DNA of 32,020 nucleotides. It comes from Octopus bimaculoides (Eukaryota). Under the pieces are notes generated by a model, which was given only the letters and a program-made list of their open reading frames with translations, had not been told where the DNA came from and searched no databases. Positions 23,821-32,020 of this stretch are shown here, in pieces (the first letter of the stretch is position 1; every line of letters begins with the position of its first letter). Position numbers and translations under genes: made by a program. The stretch lies in contig NC_068984.1 in NCBI RefSeq assembly GCF_001194135.2, forward strand, positions 123,705,627 through 123,737,646. The letters are read 5' to 3'.

Positions 23821-24769
23821 TGATAGATAGCAATCGTCATGATAGTATATATGTATGATATATAAACATAAGTGAATGAATACGTGTGTGTTGTGTACGT
23901 GCAAAGTCATACTTAATACGTACGTGTGCATTCGGACGCTGTAAGACCTTTCACTGCAGAAGTAGCCTCAGGAGAAATGTCCCCTTCACGAGATGCGAAA
24001 ACACATTGGGCTGAATGACGTCATTGGATCGTAGGACACATGCGTTACTGTGTTCTTTCGCGTTGTCGTCTGCGAACACCAAACTGCTTTTCACAATCCA
24101 AAAAGAACAATTCGTTTTTATATTAAATCAGCAATCGGAACGTTTGCTGATGTACGTAGAGCTTGGTCAAACTAGGCTTAAATCAAAATAGGCGCACGAA
24201 ACACAAGTTGAATAAAATATATTCGTGTACACTCATAAATTACACGTTCAAGTACATTCGGGATGTAAAAGGCAGATTTTTACCATTTTAGGGCTGTGAA
24301 AAGCATAATTGGAGTTCCTTGGTGACGACGTGGAAAAATACAGAAATACGTGCATCTTATGATTCAAGGACGTCAAGATCTGTTGTCTGATAAAATAAAA
24401 TATTATTTAAGTACTGGGCAATTAATATAACTAAAAATTCCTCTCTCTATGTTCAATGGCTCTATGGCCCTCGATAAAAATATCATTATTTACAGAATAG
24501 GTAGTATATCAGTCCCCATATCACCCAAAATACAGTGTTTAGTCGACCTGGCGGTATTAGCGATCTAGAACATAAACTTAAGGGCGTATTCTTTTAGATT
24601 CAGAGTTCCAATATCTCCTAGTGGGATTTCTCTTTCACATTCTGGGAATAGGTTGTGGTAGTGGAGGGGGATGATGAAATAATTAACGGGTACTGGAATC
24701 TATCTAATGAGTTATCTCTTATTTTTACCTCAGAAAACTTGTACGTCCTTGGATAACTTTTGCTGCATA

Positions 24770-24935
24770 GCCGCAAACGTGGCTGTGTGGTAAGAAGTTT
24801 GCTTCCCAACCTCGTAGTTCCAGGTTCAGTCTCACCGCGTGGCACCTTGGGCAAATGTCTTCTGCTATAACCTCGGGCTGACCAAAGCCTTATGAGTAGA
24901 TTTGGCAGACGGAAACTGAAAGAAGCCAGTCGTAT

Positions 24936-25012
<77 letters not shown>

Positions 25013-25205
25013 GACAACCGGTGTTGGTGTTTTTACGTCCCCGCAACTGAGCGGTTCGGTAAAAGACACCAATAGAATAAATATCAGGCGCTTAACAAAA
25101 TAAGAACTGCGGTCGATTCGTTCAACTAAAGTTCTTCAAGGCAGTGCCCCAGAATGGCTGCAGTCTAATGACTGAAAAAAAAAAAAGGATAAAAGAATAA
25201 AAGAA
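24770..25205 (+). mobile_element. SINE family 2, full length, internal (CA)n-(TG)n, (TAAAAGAA)n-like tail
   Basis: A box TGGCTGTGTGG, B box GGTTCAGTCTC and GGCACCTTGGGCAAATG. It is collinear with 14546-14947 on both sides of the microsatellite. Confidence 0.9.
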
Positions 25206-25767
25206 TTGGTTACTTTTATGGGAAGCGGTTAATATCCTCTTGTGCAATTCGTTATCTATTTCCTTTTTATATGAACGTTTATATCATGTTTATATGAATG
25301 TTTATATCTAATTTATACGGTCGAATAGTTAAGAAATTCGTTTAGCAATCATATGATGTCCGGTTTTAATTACACTACACAGCCCTTAGGGCAAATCTTC
25401 TGTCACAGATTTATATGTGAAATTTGGTAGGTGGTAATCTTGTGCCAGCCTGTTCGATGGAGTTCACTTCTAATTTAAGGGGTCAAATCTGTCATACACA
25501 TATCGCACTGGTACTTCATGAGTTTTGCGTTAAGGGTACAAATATTTGCGTATTACTCAAGCACGCATATTCTAATTCAAAGAGGAGGTAGTTTCTTTGA
25601 GAGGCAACGAGAATAATCATCATCGAAAACGGTGGAGGATCCACTTACTTTTTACTTATATTTTATGTCGTTCATTCAAACCGAGCAGAAAGAGTCAAGT
25701 CAACATCACCTGCTCTCCCAGAGAATTGGTAATGACAACTTCCTGAAGAATTCCTGGAATATGCATT

Positions 25768-25933
25768 ATCTTTTGTAATTCATTTGCTTTAGTCACTAGA
25801 TCACGACCATGCTGGGGCAAACCTTGTAGGGTTTAGTCGAACAATTTGTTCCCCTGTATTTATTTTTCTTTTAAAGTCTGATACTTATTCTATCGGTTTC
25901 CTTTTGCTAAACCGCTAAAGTTACGGGAGACGT
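25768..25933 (-). mobile_element. 3' module of SINE family 2 (5'-truncated)
   Basis: Reverse complement CCCGTAACTTTAGCGGTT..GCAAAA..CCGATAGAATAAGTA ... CCCCAGCATGG..GTGACTAAAGCAA matches 14812-14947. Confidence 0.8.
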
Positions 25934-27158
25934 TTTTAGTTGTCAGTATATCTGAGGTTAGTAATTTGCAAATAAAGATTTGAGAAGCATTTCATTGATT
26001 ATACCAGATTATAGCAGATTGCAGCAGATTAGAGCTGCATTCGGCTGTAAATATTCTGAAAATACCCGCGCAGGAAATTACTTCTATGTAGTCAAACATG
26101 GATTATAAATAAAACCTTTTGTATATTCTGCCGAGAAAATTGCTTTTCATTTTCCATGCGTGGCAGATAAATAAATTTGCAACGTTGTAATTATGCCAAA
26201 AGTTGCATAGATTACTGAGAAGGCACCACTGTAGACTAGAATTATCAATCATTCTTATTTTCGAAATTACTTCCAACGAATATAAATATGACAGTCAAAC
26301 AAAAGATTATGCGATTATGAATACAAGGAAAATTTGGTAGAATGCAAATTAGTTATACAGGCTGTTATATGTTAAAGAAATATAAAATAATTTTGTTTTG
26401 GAAAGATTTCATTGTTCTTTGTGATGTGGATTCAAAATTATAACTCGATCCATTCTTATATTTCTAAACAATTTAATCAGAATTGCCGAAATGCCACATT
26501 TTAAAGGAGAAAACCATAGCCTATATTTTATTCTTATTCAAAAACAACAGTGATTATATCTCATAGATCTTTTCAAAATATCAGCATCACTATCGGTCGT
26601 TAATTTGGACAGTAATTGGTTGAAGAATTGTTAATTACTGAACAGACTGGAAAAAGCCATAGAGATTTCAACGAATTAACAACCAAAGTTCATTGAAAGT
26701 ATCAGCTTACAAACTCCCTATGGCTAGAAATGTTGATTAGTTTTCTCTTTAAATGAAGATGTAACGAATTAAATAGTGTTGTGGTGAAGACAGAAAGTGC
26801 TGGAGTTAGGTCTTTTGCTTCCGAACAAAGCAATCTTCAATTAATACTTGAAACAAAAGGTAATGAAAGAATACTAACCAGTGGATGCTCATATTTCAAG
26901 AAAAGTAGGTAAGCGAAGATGCATTAACATAAATCAAAAATGATCAGATGAATAGTCTTGTTTCAATTGCCGACCGGAAAAAACTGAAGTCTTTCTCGGC
27001 TTCAATTTTTGGACACTTCCTGTCATTTATCTGACTAATTCTTATACGATATTTTCATGTATTTTACTATTTAATCAATTTTATAAAATTGATAAAAAAG
27101 AAAAATACATGCTTCTTCTTTTCTAATTTTTTTGTTTTTGTTTTTGCTTCGCCAAACA

Positions 27159-27453
27159 ATCTTTTCCACTCTAGGCACAAGGCCNNNNNNNNNNATTTCG
27201 CCCGGCATGCTAATGTTTCTTATTTCTTTATTGCCCACAAGGGGCTAAACATAGAGGGGACAAACAAGGATAGACAAAGGAATTAAGTCGATTACATTGA
27301 CCCCAGTGCGTAACTGGTACTTAATTTATCGACCCCGGAAGGATGAAAGGCAAAGTCAACCTCGGCGGAATTTGAACTCAGAACATAAAGACAGATGAAA
27401 TACCACTAAGCATTTCGTCCGGCGTGCTAACGTTTCTGCCAGCTCGCCGCCTT
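27159..27453 (-). mobile_element. Heterodimeric SINE family 1 (left arm with tail type B; head-truncated right arm with tail type A), 13-bp TSD
   Basis: The left arm 27453-27221 ends ...TGTCCCCTCTATGTTTAGCCCCTTGTGGGCAATAAAGAAATA. The right arm starts AGAAACATTAGCATGCCGGGCGAAAT, is interrupted by a 10-N gap, and ends GGCCTTGTGCCTAGAGTGGAAAAGAT. GCTTCGCCAAACA occurs at 27146-27158 and 27454-27466. Confidence 0.85.
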
Positions 27454-27866
27454 GCTTCGCCAAACATTATACCCCTTCAATGCAAGAGCTCACGAGGAAC
27501 AGTAATCAAATCAATCTTCGGTGGTCTCGTAAGACCTACGGCTATCACAGACATAAAACCTTTCTCTAGATCACAAAACTATTTTCCGAAAATCGATAAT
27601 CGAACCCAAAGATCAGAGTAGATTCTCACAGAGGTTTAGAATGTGTTGCAACATATTATCTACTATAAATGACATCAATCAAAACACCACCAACAACGAT
27701 ATTTTTACATTGACGCAGCAATAAGAAAAGTAAAAAGGTCATAGAAGATTTAAATTGAACCTTCTTCATAACTGTTTAAATTCACGTGGCATGAAAACTA
27801 TATTATTTCCAGACTTCCTCTTAGTATCAACCACTTTCTGTTTTTAGTATATGTGAGTATAACTAT

Positions 27867-28079
27867 TTCTACTCTAGGCACAAGGCCCTGGAAATTTTGG
27901 AGAAGGAGACTAGTCGATTACATCGGCCCCAGGACACAACTGGTACTTAATTTATCGACTCCGAAAGGATGAAAGGCAAAGTCGACCTCAGCGGAATTTG
28001 AACTCAGAACATGAAGACAGACGAAATACCGGTAAGCATTTCGTCCGGCGTGCTAACGAGTCTGTCAGCTTGCCGCCTT
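27867..28079 (-). mobile_element. SINE family 1 monomer (tail A) with ~20-bp TSD
   Basis: Full head, B box and tail. GTATATGTGAGTATAACTAT (27847-27866) vs GTATATTTGAGTATAATTAT (28080-28099) is 18/20 identical. Confidence 0.92.
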
Positions 28080-28384
28080 GTATATTTGAGTATAATTATC
28101 GAAGTGAATGTGCTTCGTAATCTGATGTAGATTTCAGGCAACATCCCATGACCATCGTCGCGTGTTCGAATTGCCCTCGTTACTCTTTAATGTTTAGTCT
28201 CCCCACAAGAATGATATTTTGATTAGTTGGTCTCATTTGTTTTGTCCGGACGTAAGGAAGTGAAGAAAGGGAGGAATTTAGCAAATGGAGAAACATATTC
28301 CTTCCCACGGAATTTCACTTCCTTCTTTCATTCCTTGTTTTACTCACTAACACGTACTATCTCACACACACACGTTCATTCACT

Positions 28385-28427
<43 letters not shown>

Positions 28428-29044
28428 GCACAAGCAAAGGAACTACCCAATCAATATGTTGCTCTTGTAATCACACGAATCGTTTAAATTTTATCGATAA
28501 AATTTAAATGCTTCCGGCTCTTCCATACCTTCCTTGGCCTGAACAGCTACCTCAGGTACCGGCATCCGTTGCACCCATCAAGATGAAGGGGCTCAATCAC
28601 TGGCTACAGATCTACTACTCGTAGTAGTAACGCTGACATGTGACAGTTAGAACCACTTTCAGTATGACCTAAATGATGTAGACTACGATGATGATGATGA
28701 TGCAGATCTTGGTTTCAGGTCTACGGATAACCTACTTTTTTTTTAATCCTGAAGGGTTTTTTCAGCCCAATATTTACATGCTATTATTTTTAACCTTATG
28801 AACTATGAAATCCAATTCCAAAAGAATTGGGGCCCCAGCCATGCTAGGTTCCTTTCCTATCCTCTCTATGATGTAGCACGTGGAGGTTCCCGTGGATAGA
28901 TCTGTTCAGGATAGCACATATCTGCGCGTCACCGACCAGTTTATCAGGGAAAATAAGAGGACCACAACAAATCACAGCAGATACCTAAGGCATATAGAGC
29001 TGCTCTCGGGAGTGCAGTGAAAGCACGTGATAGAAATAAGACTA

Positions 29045-29960
29045 CTGGATAATAATGAAGTGTATGATATTGTCTCTTATTCGTGGAATATATATATTGC
29101 TTGAAAATAGTTGGAATTGCACAAAATATTGTAAATCTATTGAACTGAAGTATGAATGAATGGATCACTGAACTCACATCGGAGAGGCAAAGCTTAGGCT
29201 TTGTCAACATCAAAAGTGGACTCAATTCAAGGAGATAACTTTCCTCCATTGCTTTTTGCATTGTGTGTGATACCGCTCGTTTTGATTTTGATAACACAAA
29301 AGCTTGGTATGAATTCAATTTAAAGAATAGATGAAATCAATTATCACCTTTTTATGGACGACCTGAAACTTTATGGGAAAGATGAAAACTAGCTGAATTC
29401 AATGATTCAAAGAATGCATTGTTTTTGAGCGGATATTAAAATGAGATTTAGGCTGAAAAAGAGTGGAGTGCTGATTCTAAAAAAGAGATAGAGTCCAACA
29501 AGTGGATGATATGAAGATGAGCCAAATGGTGTGATAGAAAATGAAAGAACAAAAATCCTTTAGGACTTCATGATTCAGTATGATCAGAGACTCGAACATC
29601 GGAAACCCGTTATTGTGCTGGTAGACAAAGAAGAAAAACCGTGCCTGATCATAAACAGCACTTGCCCTGGAGACAGCAGAATCGTTGAAAAACTGATGCG
29701 ATATGAATCTCTGGGGAGAGAAACCAAAAAGCTGTGGTCATTGAAAAAATGATGATATTGTTTTAATTTCTGGTGCCAAAAAAAATTTTAAAAAAATGGT
29801 TGGAAAATATATGAATAAAAATGAAAAACAACACATCTAGAAAACAGCATTACTTGGCAGTTCAAGGATTCTCCGTTAAGTTCTGAAAACTTGAAAAGAA
29901 AATACTACTTTAGTCCATGGGAAGCGAACGGCAACAAGCTGAGTATGTTAGATGTGAAAA
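29045..29960 (+). mobile_element. Decayed R4/Dong-type non-LTR retrotransposon (RT and RLE remnants, large internal deletion)
   Basis: Across frameshifts it reads YDIVSYSW..CLKIVGIAQNIVNLL..W; IQGDNFPPLLFALCVIPL; HLFMDDLKLYGK (MDD at 29354); then ENERTKIL*DFMIQ..RKPVIVLVDK..CLII...CPGD..RY...KKLW (RLE, with PD mutated to PV); KTALLGSSRILR*VL; then the 3'UTR and a decayed TAA/CAA tail. Confidence 0.9.
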
Positions 29961-30007
29961 TAACTATAACAGCCACAACAACAACAACAACAGCAACAAC
30001 TATAACA

Positions 30008-30223
30008 ATCCTTTCTACTACGGGCACAAGGCCTGAAATTTTGGAGGAGGGGGATAGTCGATTACATCGACCTCAGAACTCAACTGCTACTTATTTTATC
30101 GACCCCGAAAGGGTGAAAGACGAAATCGACCTCGGCGCAATTTGAACTCAGAACGTAAAGACGGACGAAATACTGCTAAGCATTTCGACTGGTGTGCTAA
30201 TGATTCTACCAGTTCGTCGCCTT
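30008..30223 (-). mobile_element. SINE family 1 monomer inserted in the simple-repeat tail of the R4-like element
   Basis: Full head, B box and tail A. A further degenerate fragment follows at ~30228-30325. Confidence 0.9.
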
Positions 30224-30423
30224 AATAATGGTTTCAAATTTTTCCACAAGGGTAGCCATTTTGGTGGAGCGGGCGACCTTAGTGTTCAACTGGTACTTAA
30301 TTTATCGCCCCCGAATTTGAATTCCTTGCAATCAATGTCAATTAGTAGCTGTAACAAGCCTACGAACACGACCACAACATACACCCATCACCATCACTAC
30401 AACAAATAAAATAGTAATTAACA

Positions 30424-31296
30424 ATGACAACAAGACCAACAACAATAAATTCGCAGCAACAGCGGCGAAAAGCAAGGAGTTTTTTAAAATTGAATATGCT
30501 TTAGAAAGACGTTTGTCAAGCCGAGGTAGCTAAATTGATAAGGCTGTAGAAAGCGCAGGCGGACATAGCCAACTTCCCTGAGGAGTTTGCAGAAACGAAA
30601 AAGAAAACTGTTAAGTATAAATATATTTCTATAAGCACAATGCGGCTGAAGATGGCTAATCAGGCAAACGTGGACGGGGCACAGAAAGGCATAATGCTCG
30701 ATATTCAACATATCTCGAGGGTGAAATAGTTTGCGGATTATTCAGTGCTCTTCAAGGCCACCAAACACTGTGTAGTTCTCTGTCGGAGTAAAAAAAATAT
30801 GTGCTCCACCCATCCTATTTAGAAAGAAGGATGGTGCGCATAAAGATCACTGGAATACCACCGGAGGTAAACTTGTGGTGGATTTTAGCGTGCATTATTT
30901 TGGAAGGGAACAATAGCTACCTGGAGGTAAAGAGGACCCCTCTTGAAAATTAGTCTGGAACCAGCGTGGAAGTGCTCCTCCACATTAAGCCAGAGCAATA
31001 GATAAAATCTCAGGCCTCATTCGCCTTCCTGGTGGAGAAGAGCAACAGGTTACAGTTGAGGGTACGATGTCACGGTGCCACTTGTGTGGAGAGAGAAGCC
31101 ACTTAAGAGCTTTCTGCTCTTAACAGAAGACAGGGAACCACGGAAGTCACTTATTGCCAACACCAAACCAGCAACGATCAGTAACAAAATCAGCTCTAGA
31201 GCCAAAACAACGGCATTATCAATGACCGAAACAGCAAAATCAGTAAATGGTGTAAGACCAACAACACTAGCAACAGCAGGAATCTCAACAACACTA
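30424..31296 (+). mobile_element. L1/Tx1-like ORF1 (gag-like) pseudogene with a CCHC zinc knuckle
   Basis: PSYLERRMVRIKITGIPPEV... (from 30810), then after a frameshift VTVEGTMSR-CHLCGERSHLRAFC (C-x2-C-x4-H-x4-C, 31076-31117), followed by a Thr/Ala-rich low-complexity region. It has several stops and frameshifts and is truncated by a SINE. Confidence 0.75.
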
Positions 31297-31491
31297 GCGA
31301 AATGCTTAGCGGTATTTGGTCTGTCTTTACGTTCTGAGTTCAAATTCCGCCGATGTCGACTTTGCCTTTCTTCCTTTCGGGGTCGATAAATCAAGTACCA
31401 GTTGCGTACTGAGGTCGATCTAATCGATTGTCTTCTCTCCATCCCCCCATCTCCCAAATTTCGGGCCTTGTGCCTAGAGTAGAAAAGAATA
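31297..31491 (+). mobile_element. SINE family 1, 5'-truncated (A box missing), tail A
   Basis: GCGAAATGCTTAGCGGTATTT ... GAGTTCAAATTCC ... CGGGCCTTGTGCCTAGAGTAGAAAAGAAT. Confidence 0.9.
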
Positions 31492-31499
31492 TTTGACGG

Positions 31500-31745
31500 G
31501 TATTTATTTATCTATTCCATCGTATCCGAAAGGATGACAGGCAAAGTGAACATCGGTCGGATTTGAACTCAGAAGGTAGAGTACCGGAAGGAAATGCCGC
31601 TAAGCACTTCAAGACTGGTACTTTATTTTTATCAGTTCCATAACATAGCGATGACAGGTGAAATTAACTTCGGTATGATTTGAACTCACAATGTAAGAAG
31701 TCGGAATAAACATAGCAATGCATTTTGTTCGACGCTCTGATAATC
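31500..31745 (-). mobile_element. Two old tandem SINE family 1 fragments
   Basis: Two successive GATGACAGG..AAA.T..AC.TCGG..GATTTGAACTCA motifs on the plus strand. Confidence 0.65.
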
Positions 31746-31820
31746 CATTCAATCCATCCATCCATCCACCCGTCTGTCTGTCTGTCTATCTATCTATCTG
31801 TGTCTCTCTGTCTCTCTCTT

Positions 31821-31855
<35 letters not shown>

Positions 31856-31962
31856 ATCTCCCGCTCTGAGTCTCTGACTCTGTCTGTCTGTCTCTCCCTC
31901 CCTCCCTCCCTCTCTCTATCTCTGTCTATCTATCTATCTGTCTGTCTGTCTGTCTGTCTGTC
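31745..31962. repeat. Compound (TCCA)/(TCTG)/(TCTA)/(TC)/(CCCT) microsatellite
   Basis: Directly visible. Confidence 0.9.
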
Positions 31963-32020
31963 CGAACAAGCTTGTTCATATTTCTTATTCCAGTAAAGAG
32001 ACGTAAATGAGGTTGTGACG

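Noticed and set aside
24000-24030. ATTGG - ATGACGTCAT - ATTGG motif trio
   Set aside because: A short isolated cluster that is expected by chance at this scale, with no other promoter context.
25950-26950. AT-rich kilobase with faint pogo/Tigger-like peptide echoes
   Set aside because: Matches are too weak and stop-ridden to support without an HMM or tblastn search; no TIRs were seen.

Overview
This is AT-rich, microsatellite-dense eukaryotic DNA with eight N-gaps (about 4.4 kb, roughly 14% of the window). The repeat families look like those of a coleoid cephalopod, most likely Octopus; that is recognition from memory, not a database search. I found no host protein-coding gene, rRNA, true tRNA or CRISPR array. 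All long ORFs in the track are artefacts of N-runs or microsatellites. The window is a transposon graveyard. It holds about 15 copies of a tRNA-derived SINE (family 1, including two TSD-flanked dimers) and several copies of a second tRNA/CORE-like SINE with an internal microsatellite (family 2). It also holds L1/Tx1-clade LINE remnants (ORF2 plus 3' end; ORF1 with a CCHC knuckle), two R4/Dong-type RT-RLE remnants, mariner remnants, a 300-bp TTAA-flanked piggyBac-like MITE, and two clusters of promoter-like motifs. The most interesting signal is a small stem-loop conserved at the 3' ends of both SINE-1 tail types (invariant CUUGU loop, covarying stem), with a matching stem-loop at the apparent 3' end of the Tx1-like LINE. 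This suggests a stringent SINE/LINE partnership. I see no evidence for a novel multi-gene system.
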